A DNA stretch of 64,000 nucleotides from Desulfatiglandales bacterium (GTDB lineage Bacteria > Desulfobacterota > DSM-4660 > Desulfatiglandales > HGW-15), in NCBI GenBank assembly GCA_963667015.2, contig CAXXJJ010000004.1, positions 2,752,001-2,816,000 on the forward strand, read 5' to 3'. This document shows positions 13,419 through 23,667 of the stretch, one piece after another. The notes below the pieces were generated by a model. That model was given only the letters and a program-made list of their open reading frames with translations. It did not search any database and was not told where the DNA came from. The stretch's first letter is position 1. Each line of letters opens with the position of its first letter. Both the position numbers and the translations under genes were made by a program.

Positions 13419-13720
13419 GCCGATTGTTCAGGTTCCAGATGACCCAGGGCTATCATTCTCGCCCTAGCGGCTTCGTCTCTTTTATTCTCCCATTCTTTCC
13501 ACTCTTTTTTAAGTTCAAATAATTCATTATCTGCCTGAACTCTTTGTTCATAAAAAGAGGCGTCTGAAGCCATATGGGATAGTTCTTTTTTTAAATCTCT
13601 TACCCGTTTTTTTATTTTCCTCAGCCTGTTTAAGGCCTTTACCTCATCATCAGTGGGTATTTCCGTTGGTTTGCAGTTGTTCTTTTTCCAGTCCAGAGTA
13701 TTGAGCATTATATTTTCCAT
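13415..13720 (-). CDS. hypothetical coiled-coil protein
   Basis: 101-aa ORF with a strong GGAGG SD. Confidence 0.75.
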   Translation of the reverse strand: MENIMLNTLDWKKNNCKPTEIPTDDEVKALNRLRKIKKRVRDLKKELSHMASDASFYEQRVQADNELFELKKEWKEWENKRDEAARARMIALGHLEPEQSA

Positions 13721-13805
13721 GACCTTACCTCCTCACAGGGTTGCACCTCCTATGTATCCTCAATCTAAAGTCAATTGTGTGTTTGTCAACCGCAGGTAAA
13801 ACCTT

Positions 13806-13957
13806 GGCAAAGCGCATAGTGCATGGCGCATAGTGTATCTGAAATACCATATTAGATAATGTAGAAGTCAGAGGTCAGTGTCAAAAAAAGCTATGTGCCG
13901 GCTTCTGATTTCTTTTTATTTTTTTCTCTTTGCGCTATGCAGTCTCTGCGCTATGCT
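13806..13957. repeat. nested heptamer inverted-repeat element
   Basis: Outer GCAAAGCGCATAGTGCATGGCGCATAG / TTTGCGCTATGC..TGCGCTATGC encloses inner AGAAGTCAGAGGTCAG / CCGGCTTCTGATTTCT. Confidence 0.75.
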
Positions 13958-14076
13958 TTTTACTTGCCTCATAGTAAAAACACGCTTGTAATCTGCAACG
14001 ATATCAAGTACATTCAGGTCTATTAAAAATTCCGATTTGTGTTATCCAAAATACTAATATAAAAAGAAGAGTATAA

Positions 14077-14985
14077 ATGTCAAAAATAGACTTTGATCTA
14101 CGTCAGCTTGAAATATTCTGCAAGGTGGTTGACCTGAAAAGCTTTTCAAAGGCGGCAGATGCAGTTTTTCTTGCACAGGCATCAGTGAGTGAGAGGATTG
14201 CAAACCTTGAAAAAGCCATTGGCACTCTACTACTGGATCGAATGGGAAGGCAGATTCTTCCGACAAAGGCAGGTGAACTTTTATATAAACATGCGATCCT
14301 CATGCTCGACATGAAAAAGACTGCCCGGCTCGAAATGGAAAAATTCCTCGGGCTCAGACAGGGAGAAATCCTGCTTGGGGGAAGCACAATCCCCGGAGAA
14401 TATATACTTCCTCAGCTGATTGGTGAGTTTTATGAAAAATATCCTTTCATATCTGTAATATTAACAGTTGCCGGCAGCCGTGAAATTGAAGATATGGTAC
14501 AGAATGGTGATCTGGAACTGGGGGTTGTCGGCTCAAAAAATTTCGGCAAAGATATTGTTAGCTATAACATCTGGAGTGACGAACTTGTCCTTGTGGTCAA
14601 TAAAAATCATAGCTGGGCAAATAAAAAAAGCATTACACCTGACGATTTTTTTAGCGTACCTTTTATTATAAGAGAACCTGGCTCAGGGACATTAAAGATA
14701 ATGGAAGCCTACCTCAAATCATGGGGCAAAAAAGGAGTTGAAGATCTCAACGTTGTGGCAAGGCTTGGGACGTCCACAGCCATTAAAGAAGGGATAAAGG
14801 CCAATTTTGGAGTCTCCATCCTGTCATCAAAGGCCGTTGAAACAGAAATAACAGCAGGTATCCTGAAAACAGTAAAAATAAAAGGAATGCCCCAGATGAC
14901 CAGATCCTTTTATCTGATCAGGGACAAACGGAGAATCGCATCGCCTTTGTGTCAGGCAATGCTGGATTTTTTGAGAAAAACGTGA
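14077..14985 (+). CDS. LysR family regulator (CysL / selenium metabolism-associated type)
   Basis: LysR HTH SFSKAA...QASVSERI, GSTIPGEYILP, REPGSGT; upstream of yedF. Confidence 0.92.
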   Translation: MSKIDFDLRQLEIFCKVVDLKSFSKAADAVFLAQASVSERIANLEKAIGTLLLDRMGRQILPTKAGELLYKHAILMLDMKKTARLEMEKFLGLRQGEILLGGSTIPGEYILPQLIGEFYEKYPFISVILTVAGSREIEDMVQNGDLELGVVGSKNFGKDIVSYNIWSDELVLVVNKNHSWANKKSITPDDFFSVPFIIREPGSGTLKIMEAYLKSWGKKGVEDLNVVARLGTSTAIKEGIKANFGVSILSSKAVETEITAGILKTVKIKGMPQMTRSFYLIRDKRRIASPLCQAMLDFLRKT

Positions 14986-14988
14986 ATA

Positions 14989-15071
14989 CCAGAAGTCAGA
15001 AGACAGGGATCAGAGATCAGAAAATCAGTGTCTGCTGACCTCAGACCTCTGACTTCCGACATCTGGCTTCT
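14989..15071. repeat. AGAxxTC heptamer inverted-repeat element
   Basis: CAGAAGTCAGAAGACAGGGATCAGAGATCAG / CTGACCTCAGACCTCTGACTTCCGACATCTGGCTTCT. Confidence 0.85.
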
Positions 15072-15088
15072 ATAGTGGAAATTTAGTT

Positions 15089-15964
15089 ATGGAAAAATTG
15101 GAAAAAATAACAAATGACATCATCACCCAATCCGTAACCCTCCCCGATCAGGCAGGTCGTGAGAGAGCTGTAATAAATGAACAGCACGCCATGGAAATTG
15201 CCTCGATATATAATACAAACCTGCATGACATTTATAAAACAGCCCTCAAAAGACAAATCCTTCCCTACAGGTATATCAGGAACCTAGATTCAATCAATAT
15301 TGATGAGCAACTGAAACTTTTAGAATCCAGAGTAAGCATAATAGGTGCAGGCGGGCTTGGGGGACAGGTTATTATTTTACTTGCAAGGCTTGGAGTCGGT
15401 TATTTGAATGTTATTGATTATGATGTTTTCGATGAAACAAATCTCAACCGACAGGCCCTTAGCTGCATTGATGTAATAGGAAAATCAAAGGCCGAAACCG
15501 CAAAAGAGACTGTTGCCAAAATTAATCCGGCTGTAAATGTTACCGCCTTTCATTTACGATTGGACGATTCAAATGCGGCAGAAATTCTTGCAGGATCTAA
15601 TGTAATTGTTGATGCACTGGACAATGTACCGGACAGATTTACTCTTGAAGAATATGCCAGGGGATTTGATATTCCTCTTGTCCATGGAGCTGTGGCCGGA
15701 TTTGAGGGGCAGTTAATGACCATATTTCCGGATGATTCGGGAATGGAAAGTATATATGGAAAGAGTAAAAATTCCATACCTCCTGAAAAAAGTCCTGTCT
15801 CATTACTTGGAGTTCCAGCGGTTACACCTGCAATTATCGCTTCATATCAGGCGGTCGAGGTAATGAAAATAATACTTAAAAAAGAAACCCTGCTAACAAA
15901 CATGCTGGTTTATATGGACCTGTCAAAATGTGAATCAAGAAAGCTGAAGTTCAAGAAAGACTGA
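15089..15964 (+). CDS. HesA/MoeB/ThiF family adenylyltransferase
   Basis: GAGGLG, DYDVFDETNLNRQ, DALDN; no C-terminal CxxC pairs. Confidence 0.93.
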   Translation: MEKLEKITNDIITQSVTLPDQAGRERAVINEQHAMEIASIYNTNLHDIYKTALKRQILPYRYIRNLDSINIDEQLKLLESRVSIIGAGGLGGQVIILLARLGVGYLNVIDYDVFDETNLNRQALSCIDVIGKSKAETAKETVAKINPAVNVTAFHLRLDDSNAAEILAGSNVIVDALDNVPDRFTLEEYARGFDIPLVHGAVAGFEGQLMTIFPDDSGMESIYGKSKNSIPPEKSPVSLLGVPAVTPAIIASYQAVEVMKIILKKETLLTNMLVYMDLSKCESRKLKFKKD

Positions 15965-15969
15965 AATTA

Positions 15970-16099
15970 GCCACAGACACACACAGACCCACATGGACTT
16001 TAAAACAATATAGATAATTTAATCTTTTAAAAATTTTATATCGTTGGTAATTTTAAGGCTTTTAATAACTGTCTGTGTAAGTCTGTGTGCGTCTGCGGC
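15970..16099. repeat. 10-mer-unit inverted-repeat element
   Basis: GCCACAGACACACACAGACCCACATGGAC / GTCTGTGTAAGTCTGTGTGCGTCTGCGGC around an AT-rich core. Confidence 0.85.
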
Positions 16100-16228
16100 A
16101 AATAATGTTTTTGCCTTTCTATCGATATTTCCTATCAACCCTTCACCCTCTATCGGCTTTTCCAGTTTGACTTAAAACAGAATCTCACAGAAATTGGTAA
16201 AAAAATAAATGAAAGACAGGTACATACC

Positions 16229-16834
16229 ATGACAGCAATTGACTGCAGGGGTTTAGCATGCCCGGCACCGGTTCTTAAAGCCAAAAATGCGATTGAAAAT
16301 GACGGATTAACTGAAATAGCAATAATGGTTGATAACGAAGCCGCAAAACAAAATGTGGCAAGATTTTTAGAATTAAAAAAATATAATGTCTCAGTCAGGG
16401 ACGAGGAAGATTTCTTCATTGTATTTGGAGAATCAAAGGATGCTCCTGTTAAAGAAGAAAATCCGCCCGATGACAACATAAATACAGAAACCGACAGCCA
16501 GAAAATAGCAGTAATGGTTACATCCGATGTTATCGGTCATGGGGATGATGAGCTTGGATCAAAACTTATGGCGAGTTTTATAAAAACCCTATCCGAAATG
16601 GGGAATGATCTCTGGCGGCTTATTTTTATTAACGGCGGTGTAAAACTGACCATTGACGGCGCAGGCACACTGGAGGACCTTAAGGCCCTTGAAAATGAAG
16701 GTATTCATATACTGGTATGCGGCACATGCCTCACCCATTTTAATTTACTTGAAAAAAAGAAGGTGGGAGAAACCACCAATATGCTTGATATAGTAACTGC
16801 CCTGCAGTTGGCTGACAAGGTGATAAACTTGTGA
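16229..16834 (+). CDS. yedF: sulfurtransferase-like selenium metabolism protein YedF (TusA + DsrE-like domains)
   Basis: IDCRGLACPAPV, GHGDDELGSKLM, CGTCL, TNMLDIV. Confidence 0.93.
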   Translation: MTAIDCRGLACPAPVLKAKNAIENDGLTEIAIMVDNEAAKQNVARFLELKKYNVSVRDEEDFFIVFGESKDAPVKEENPPDDNINTETDSQKIAVMVTSDVIGHGDDELGSKLMASFIKTLSEMGNDLWRLIFINGGVKLTIDGAGTLEDLKALENEGIHILVCGTCLTHFNLLEKKKVGETTNMLDIVTALQLADKVINL

Positions 16835-16838
16835 GGTT

Positions 16839-16902
16839 AGAACAGAGGCCAGAAGTCAGGTGCAAACCTTTCTGACTTCAGATCTCTGCTCTCCGACCTC
16901 TC
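16839..16902. repeat. AGAxxTC heptamer inverted-repeat element
   Basis: CAGAGGCCAGAAGTCAG / TCTGACTTCAGATCTCTGCTCTCCGACCTCT. Confidence 0.75.
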
Positions 16903-17051
16903 TATGTTAGCGATCCAAGATTAGGTGAATTTCTCTGAGTTTCAACTCGAGAAATGAATGCCAACCGAAGGTATTGCCATAGCTCCCTGATTAATATAAT
17001 CTAATGATTCTGTCGAAAATTAAGCATTTTGATTCATTAGGAGAAATAGAT

Positions 17052-17904
17052 ATGGCAGAATCTAAATCACGAGTAAGGGATTTATTTCTGGACAAGCCGG
17101 AATGTATCATCAACCTTCCTGAATGGATGATTTCAAACGAACAGATCAATGAATTCAGGAAACAATCAGGGCTTGCGATAATAGAAATGGCCGGGCGTGA
17201 CAGTGTTGCAGCAGCAATAAAAAGCGTAAAAGAAGAAGGCTTTACCGATCTGCTTCCTACATACGTATACACCGGGACGGAATTTGGCAGCTGGGCAAGT
17301 GTTCCGGAAGCTGTTGCACGCATGAAAAAACAGCTCCCGGCTAACGTAAAAGTTCACGATTTGCTTGTATTCGGCTCTCCGGGATTCTGGCAGGCTCTGA
17401 ACGGGAGATATGCAGGTGAGTTATTGAATAAGTACGGTTTTTATACACCGTGTATAGGCTGCCATCTCTATCTGCACAGTACACGTATTCCCCTTGCGGT
17501 GTTACTTGGCAACAAACCGGTAATCACCGGTGAACGGGAAAGCCATGATGGCAGGATAAAAATAAATCAGATACCCAGAGGCACTTGATGCATACAAGGA
17601 ACCTGGCGAAGCAGGTTTGATAAATCTCATTACTCATGCCATTAAGAGCCAGATAAAAGATGGCAGCCAGATTGAAAATATTATTGGAATGGATTGGGAG
17701 CAGGACGGGGATCAATTAGGGTGTGTTCTCTCAGGAAACTACAGGGACAAAAATGGAAAAAATATAATAAAAAAGGAAGATGCAAAAAAATTCCTCAACA
17801 ACTTTGCCCTTCCGGTTGCTGAAAAGATTATAAAAAATTATATGGAAGGCTTTGTTCCTGATCATATGGAAATAGCGAAAGAAATACTTGAGGCGAATAA
17901 TTAA
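17052..17904 (+). pseudogene. PP-loop-like Cys-containing protein, frameshifted at ~17570-17655 (pseudogene or consensus error)
   Basis: ORFs 17004..17588 and 17617..17904 appear to be halves of one protein. The junction holds in-frame pieces (EALDAYK, NLAKQ, LLMPLR, QIKDG) separated by small indels. SD GGAG lies before ATG 17052. Confidence 0.7.
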
Positions 17905-17918
17905 AATTAATTCTTTAC

Positions 17919-18215
17919 GCCACTAAGACACAAAGGCACTAAAACTTAAAGACTATTAGACAGGATTTACATGATTTTCGGGATTTGATTTTTCTCACTT
18001 TCCGGAAGAAAGTGAGAAATAGGCATCCTCTAAAATAACACAGGAATATTTATTTGGACGTAACTATCTCCGATATGCCAGGAAATCATCTTAGCGGAAT
18101 AATGATACCTTTTTGCTTTTCGTCCGGAAAAGCAAAAAATATCCCGCTCATCCTGTAAATCCTGTCTAAATATATTTTTTATATGTTTTTCTTAGTGTCT
18201 TCGTGCCTTTGTGGC
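17919..18215. repeat. three-layer nested palindromic element (~297 bp)
   Basis: GCCACTAAGACACAAAGGCACTAA [TTAGACAGGATTTAC [two hairpins] GTAAATCCTGTCTAA] CTTAGTGTCTTCGTGCCTTTGTGGC. Confidence 0.9.
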
Positions 18216-18234
18216 TCAATCTGTAAGGCTATAT

Positions 18235-19065
18235 ATGCATCCCAAACTTGCAATGTGTAATATATATAATGATATTTTTCAGCTTAAGGATTTTGCCCTT
18301 GAGCATGGCTTTGACGGTATAGACTGGTCTTTTGAAATGGATAACCTTCCCTCAACACCATCTGAGGAGTCTGCCTGGATAAAAGAAATGAAAAGGCTTG
18401 AGCCTTTTGAAATAAGATACCACTGTCCATTTCATAAGATCGATATCGGGCATACTGACCATGAAAAAGCGGATTTAGCAGTAGCAATCTTCAGCAGGAT
18501 TATCAGACTGATTTCAAGAAGAGGGGGAGGATATTTATCCATTCATGTGGGATTAGGTCGTAATTCCACAATTTCTCTCTCATGGGATACAACAATCGAA
18601 AATTTAAAAAATCTCGTTCAATATGGTCTGGAACACAAAGTCAAGGTATGCCTTGAAAATCTTGCATGGGGCTGGACAAGCAAGCCAAATCTGTTTGAAA
18701 AACTTATCAGAAAGAGTGGAGCATGGGCAACCATAGATATAGGACACGCAGCAGTATGCGAGTCAGTGATAAGCCAGCATTACAGTGTAGCAGACTTTAT
18801 TACCCCTCATGAAGACAAACTGGTAACAGCACATTTATATGATGAAGAGGTGGCAGGAGTGGGCCATATACCGCCTGAAGATTTATCAGATATCCAGGAC
18901 CGGCTTGATTTACTTTTAAATACAGACTGTAAATGGTGGGTTATAGAGATCAGGGAAATGGAAGGACTGCTCAGGACAAAGCAAATGATTGATGAGTACC
19001 TGGGAAAAATAGAAGTCAGAGATCAGATGTCGGATGTCAGAAAGGCATTGGAATTAGTTCGCTGA
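18235..19065 (+). CDS. sugar phosphate isomerase/epimerase (xylose-isomerase-like TIM barrel)
   Basis: RYHCP, IHVG, CLENL, IDIGHA, HLYD, GH, IE metal-ligand pattern. Confidence 0.85.
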   Translation: MHPKLAMCNIYNDIFQLKDFALEHGFDGIDWSFEMDNLPSTPSEESAWIKEMKRLEPFEIRYHCPFHKIDIGHTDHEKADLAVAIFSRIIRLISRRGGGYLSIHVGLGRNSTISLSWDTTIENLKNLVQYGLEHKVKVCLENLAWGWTSKPNLFEKLIRKSGAWATIDIGHAAVCESVISQHYSVADFITPHEDKLVTAHLYDEEVAGVGHIPPEDLSDIQDRLDLLLNTDCKWWVIEIREMEGLLRTKQMIDEYLGKIEVRDQMSDVRKALELVR

Positions 19066-19092
19066 CTTCTGACCTCTGATCTCTGACCTCTG
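19010..19092. repeat. AGAxxTC heptamer inverted-repeat element overlapping a gene 3' end
   Basis: AGAAGTCAGAGATCAGATGTCGGATGTCAG / CTGACTTCTGACCTCTGATCTCTGACCTCTG. Confidence 0.88.
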
Positions 19093-19134
19093 GAAACTAA
19101 ACACTCTTTACTAAAAAACTTGGTATAGACTATT

Positions 19135-20409
19135 ATGAAAATAATACAGATCCTCCTCGACGGCCTTGGTGACAGGGCATATAAGGAACTTGATTACAAA
19201 ACACCCCTGCAGGCCGCCCATACTCCTAACCTTGACTATCTGGCAAGTATCGGAAGTACCGGTCTTTTCCATGCATCAATGCCTGGAGAATGTCTTCCCA
19301 GTGAAATAGCCCATTATCTCATGTTCGGTTACGAACGAAAAAATTTCCCGGGCCGTGGTCTCCTCGAGGCAGTTGGTGACAATGTTCCATTCCAGGATGA
19401 AGATATCCTTTGCCTTTCTCATCTGTCGGGCATTTCATTTGAAAATGGAGTTCCGATTCTAAAAAGAGGAAGAGATGAGATCTTGGGAGATAAAGAATCT
19501 CTTGGAAAACTTTTTAAAAGCATTTCAGAATATGAAAGAAGGGGAATAACATTCAGACTTGTCCAAACCAGAAGAAATGACGCCACATTAATAATGAGTG
19601 GAAAAGTTTCACCATTTATCTCTGATTCAGATCCGATAGTAAGAGGGAATCCAATAGCCAGCATAAAGCCTGTTGAGAGTAATCCCGAACCGGAACTGGC
19701 TGAAAATACAGCCATAGCATTAAATGAATATCTTGCCTATTGCCATAAAGTGTTATCGACTAAAAAACAAAACGCCAATTTTCTAGTTACACAGAGATGC
19801 GGCCGAAGAATACTTCAAAAACCCTTTGAGAAATTATGGGGATTGAAGGGGCTTCTTATGGCTTCTGCCTCAATTTACACAGGTTTGGCAAATGAAATTG
19901 GCTTGGATTTCATAACAGTAAAAGACAGCAAAAAACCTGATAACGATCTTGCAGAGAGAATTAGCATTGCACTTGAAGATAATGAACATGATTTTTTTCA
20001 TGTCCATACAAAAGCCCCTGATGAAGCAGCCCATAAAGGAACGCCTCAACATAAAAGAGAAATCATTTCTCAACTGGATAAATCATTTTCCGAATTAATA
20101 AAAGAAATTGATAAAAGAGATGATCTGCTTGTAGCCATCACGGCAGACCATTCAACCCCGTCAGATTCATTACTCATCCATTCAGGAGAACCGGTTCCTG
20201 TTATGATCCTTGGCCCAAATGTAAGAAGAGATAATATAGAAAAATTTAATGAAATTGATGCTGCGGGCGGATGCCTGGGATTTTTAAGAGGAAAAGAATT
20301 AATACTGATGCTTCTTAATTATGCGGATCGATCAGTCCTTGCAAGCCATAAATTGGGGGGCGAGGTGAGGACATATTACCCAAAAGAGTATCCGGTGTTT
20401 AAGGCCTAG
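19135..20409 (+). CDS. apgM: cofactor-independent phosphoglycerate mutase family (ApgM type)
   Basis: LDGLGD, TPLQAAHTPNLD, PGRGLLEA, HTKAPDEAAH, TADHSTP, HSGEPVP. Confidence 0.88.
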   Translation: MKIIQILLDGLGDRAYKELDYKTPLQAAHTPNLDYLASIGSTGLFHASMPGECLPSEIAHYLMFGYERKNFPGRGLLEAVGDNVPFQDEDILCLSHLSGISFENGVPILKRGRDEILGDKESLGKLFKSISEYERRGITFRLVQTRRNDATLIMSGKVSPFISDSDPIVRGNPIASIKPVESNPEPELAENTAIALNEYLAYCHKVLSTKKQNANFLVTQRCGRRILQKPFEKLWGLKGLLMASASIYTGLANEIGLDFITVKDSKKPDNDLAERISIALEDNEHDFFHVHTKAPDEAAHKGTPQHKREIISQLDKSFSELIKEIDKRDDLLVAITADHSTPSDSLLIHSGEPVPVMILGPNVRRDNIEKFNEIDAAGGCLGFLRGKELILMLLNYADRSVLASHKLGGEVRTYYPKEYPVFKA

Positions 20410-20413
20410 ATTA

Positions 20414-20711
20414 GCCACGAAGACACTAAGACACCAAGGGTAATAAATTAAAAGACTATGACAGACAGGATTTTATGATTTGTTTTTTCTTACTTTCCGG
20501 ATGGAAGTGAGAAAGAGAATCTGTTGAAGCAACACCTCAATACTGATTTTTTCTCGGGTGGTCATATCATATGTCAAACAAAAATCTTCTTGAAAGAATG
20601 GTACTTTTTTGCTTTTCGTCAGGAAAAGCAAAAACTATCTTGTCCATCATGTAAATCCTGTCTAAAAATACTTAATAAACGTTTTTCTTCGTGTCTTTGT
20701 GCCTTTGTGGC
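20414..20711. repeat. three-layer nested palindromic element (~298 bp), second copy
   Basis: Same order of outer, middle and two inner hairpins as 17919-18215. Confidence 0.9.
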
Positions 20712-20797
20712 ATTTCTAAATCCATGCCATTGACAGACTTGCTTAATTCCCCTATAATCCCACAATTTTAATAAGTTACATAATCTCCGGAGGAAAA

Positions 20798-21322
20798 ATG
20801 GCAAATAAAACAGATTACAAAGAAGGCATCGACAAGGCAACAGCAGTATTTGATACAAGCATGGGCACATTTGAAGTTGAGTTACATATAAAAGAATGCC
20901 CCGAGACAGTATGGAATTTTATCAATCTTGCTGAAGGAAGACAGGAAACGTCAAAAGAAGGTAACTTTTACGATAAACTGACCTTCCACAGGGTAATTGA
21001 CGGATTCATGATCCAGGGAGGATGCCCCATAGGAAATGGCACCGGCGGCCCAGGATACACATTTAAAGACGAATTTGATCCCTCATTAAGACACAACAGT
21101 GAAGGCATCCTTTCAATGGCAAATGCAGGACCAAACACAAACGGAAGCCAGTTTTTTATAACACTTGACCCAACTCCTCACCTTGATGACCGCCACTCGG
21201 TTTTTGGCAAAGTAGTAAAAGGCATGGAAGTAGTAAAGGATATCGGCAAGGTAGAAACAGGCCCAAGCGACAGGCCGAGAAAACCTGTTGTTATTAACAG
21301 CCTGAAGATTGAACGGGGATAA
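20798..21322 (+). CDS. cyclophilin-type peptidyl-prolyl isomerase
   Basis: [38 protein letters not shown]. Confidence 0.97.
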   Translation: MANKTDYKEGIDKATAVFDTSMGTFEVELHIKECPETVWNFINLAEGRQETSKEGNFYDKLTFHRVIDGFMIQGGCPIGNGTGGPGYTFKDEFDPSLRHNSEGILSMANAGPNTNGSQFFITLDPTPHLDDRHSVFGKVVKGMEVVKDIGKVETGPSDRPRKPVVINSLKIERG

Positions 21323-21328
21323 AAAGCA

Positions 21329-21407
21329 AGAAGTCGGAGGTCAGAAGCCAGTAGTCAGTAAAAATGCAATCAGTTGCTGATCTCCGACATCTGATTTCTG
21401 ATCTCTT
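21329..21407. repeat. AGAxxTC heptamer inverted-repeat element
   Basis: AGAAGTCGGAGGTCAGAAGCCAGTAGTCAG / CTGATCTCCGACATCTGATTTCTGATCTCT. Confidence 0.85.
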
Positions 21408-21418
21408 CCTACCAGCCT

Positions 21419-22000
21419 TCAGCCTGAAATGCTATAGCCTTTCTTTATCAGTCTCACATAATCCACATACAAAACAACCTTTTCTGTTGGTTTATACATA
21501 AAGAATAGAAATTTTGAAATTTCAGAAGTATCCATTTCACGCTTCGTACCTGAAGTAATTAATGAATCCATCTTTATTTCAATATTATTCATTCCCCTTT
21601 TTAATATAAATTCCTTATTGTATCTATCTGCATATTCAGTATTATCCTCCCTGTCATCGATCCTTACAATTAAACTCTCTTCTTTTTCTCCTGGATTAAA
21701 GACATCAAAGCATAATGACTTATATGGACTCCAGTCGGTAATTTTAGTGAAGGGATTAAAGCCGGGATAGGTGGACGGATATAATTCCACTTTAAGTGAT
21801 CCTTTTCCATGAGTAACATGCTGATCGTTTATGCTCATTAGAGTATGGCATTTCCAATGCACTTCATCCAGTTCACTGTCAGACTCAAAATCAAACAGGA
21901 TAAGCTCTTTCTGTTTTCTATCAATGTTGCAGGAAATCATACAGAAACAGATAATTAACAAATGGAATATTAGAATATATTTGTGTATCAGTTTAAGCAT
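21419..22000 (-). CDS. hypothetical lipoprotein, possible carbohydrate-binding beta-sandwich
   Basis: Lipobox-like ISC; LFDFE, DWSPYKSLCFDV, LYVDYVRL. Confidence 0.7.
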   Translation of the reverse strand: MLKLIHKYILIFHLLIICFCMISCNIDRKQKELILFDFESDSELDEVHWKCHTLMSINDQHVTHGKGSLKVELYPSTYPGFNPFTKITDWSPYKSLCFDVFNPGEKEESLIVRIDDREDNTEYADRYNKEFILKRGMNNIEIKMDSLITSGTKREMDTSEISKFLFFMYKPTEKVVLYVDYVRLIKKGYSISG

Positions 22001-22327
22001 TCGAAAAAAATGACACTACGTGTCTCCATTATTTTTGTATTATCGAAGATAATAATCAAGCTTTACTAATTGGCGTCAAATATCTGGATACCGGATCAAG
22101 TCTGTTATGCCACAACAACTAAGCCGTCATTCCTCGGTGTGCCGGTATATCCTGTTGTTTTTATTACTTTTTATATCTTAGTGCACACCTATGTTTCAAA
22201 GTTGTTTTTCTCTTACTGTCATTATATTGAACTTTTCCAATCTATATTGACGCATTTTTAATTCATAAATAAATATATTGCATTAGATTTTTATGTAAAA
22301 ATAATAAAATTTTTCTCACCGCCCATC

Positions 22328-22403
22328 CGCTATGCTCTCTGCGCTATGCACAATGCCAAACAATCCTGACCACTGACATCTGATCTCAGACTTCCGGCAT
22401 TTC
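22328..22403. repeat. half elements of two heptamer families
   Basis: CGCTATGCTCTCTGCGCTATGC followed by CCTGACCACTGACATCTGATCTCAGACTTCCGGC. Confidence 0.65.
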
Positions 22404-22405
22404 TC

Positions 22406-22855
22406 CTATTCAACAACTTTCAATGATTCGCTTTCATTGATTACTTCCTTAAAAATATCCTTTTCACTGGCATAGGCCTTTGATAAAGGCTTCATTTTTT
22501 CCAGATATTCACGGGTCCGGTCTATGACCGACTCATCATCCAAATTAACCTCAAAAAAGAATCCCTTTTCACCAATGCCCTCATTAAAGCTGTATAATTG
22601 ATACTTATAGCTTACCAAATATTTATTATTACCTTGCCTTTCACTATTCCACCCGACAGGTTTAGCATTATCACCTTTTTGCTCTATATAATCTCTGATA
22701 AATCGTGATACAGTCTTATCCGAATCAAGAACATGAGAATCCCCGGCAATTTCAAGAGCCCTCTTTTCGGGCGAAAAATTTTCCGAACATCCTGACAAAA
22801 AAGAAGCACAAAAAATTAATAACAAAATAAAGAACCTATTGATAAATAAATTCAT
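22406..22855 (-). CDS. hypothetical lipoprotein
   Basis: Signal peptide with LSGC lipobox. Confidence 0.8.
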   Translation of the reverse strand: MNLFINRFFILLLIFCASFLSGCSENFSPEKRALEIAGDSHVLDSDKTVSRFIRDYIEQKGDNAKPVGWNSERQGNNKYLVSYKYQLYSFNEGIGEKGFFFEVNLDDESVIDRTREYLEKMKPLSKAYASEKDIFKEVINESESLKVVE

Positions 22856-23033
22856 CTATTATTCCTTTGAGTGTAAATTATATTGGAATCATCGATACTA
22901 TATATTATAAAGAATTTCGTCAAACTTCATTTCCAAAGAAAACAGAGAGTCGTTTTTACGATTATGAGATCTTGCAAACCCGTATTACTCGAATTATTGC
23001 GTTCGACATCAAAATCAGAATAGAGGATAGAAA

Positions 23034-23660
23034 ATGGAAATTAACGCAAGTAATATAAGCTGGCATGAAGGTCATGTAGGCAGAAAAACCCGTGAAAATC
23101 TCTTAAAACAAAAAGGCTGTACAATATGGCTTACAGGATTAAGCGCATCGGGCAAAAGCACCCTTGCCTTTACCCTCGAGCATGCCCTTGTAAAAAGAAA
23201 CACATTGGCATATGTCCTGGACGGCGACAATATAAGGTATGGACTTAACAAAAACCTTGGGTTTACTGCAGATGACCGGGAAGAGAATATTCGTCGCATC
23301 GGAGAAGTTGCTAAATTGTTCGCTGATGCAGGCTTCATAACAATGACCAGCTTTATATCACCATACCGGAAAGACAGAGGTATTGTAAGAGATATACACG
23401 AAGCAGCAGGGCTGTTTTTTGCCGAAGTATTTGTTGACGCACCTATTGAGGTATGTGAAGAAAGAGACCCAAAAGGACTATATAAAAAGGCAAGAAAAGG
23501 TGAGATAAAGAATTTTACAGGTATAGATGACCCATATGAAGCACCTGAAAATCCGGATATTATCATTAAGTCCGGTGAATTGACTCCACAGGAAGGTGCA
23601 ATGAAAATTCTTGGTTATCTGGTTGAAAAAGGCTTTTTAATGCTGCCGAATGGAGATTAA
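23034..23660 (+). CDS. cysC: adenylyl-sulfate kinase
   Basis: WLTGLSASGKST, LDGDNIR, RDPKGLY, FTGIDDPYEAP. Confidence 0.97.
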   Translation: MEINASNISWHEGHVGRKTRENLLKQKGCTIWLTGLSASGKSTLAFTLEHALVKRNTLAYVLDGDNIRYGLNKNLGFTADDREENIRRIGEVAKLFADAGFITMTSFISPYRKDRGIVRDIHEAAGLFFAEVFVDAPIEVCEERDPKGLYKKARKGEIKNFTGIDDPYEAPENPDIIIKSGELTPQEGAMKILGYLVEKGFLMLPNGD

Positions 23661-23667
23661 TAACCGG

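Noticed and set aside
16905..16985. Hairpins between yedF and the next gene as a riboswitch or SECIS
   Set aside because: Stems are present but I cannot match them to a known motif; an Rfam search is needed. They may be another repeat remnant.
17586..17588. TGA as selenocysteine next to yedF
   Set aside because: It is produced by a frameshift; the downstream part is in a different frame.
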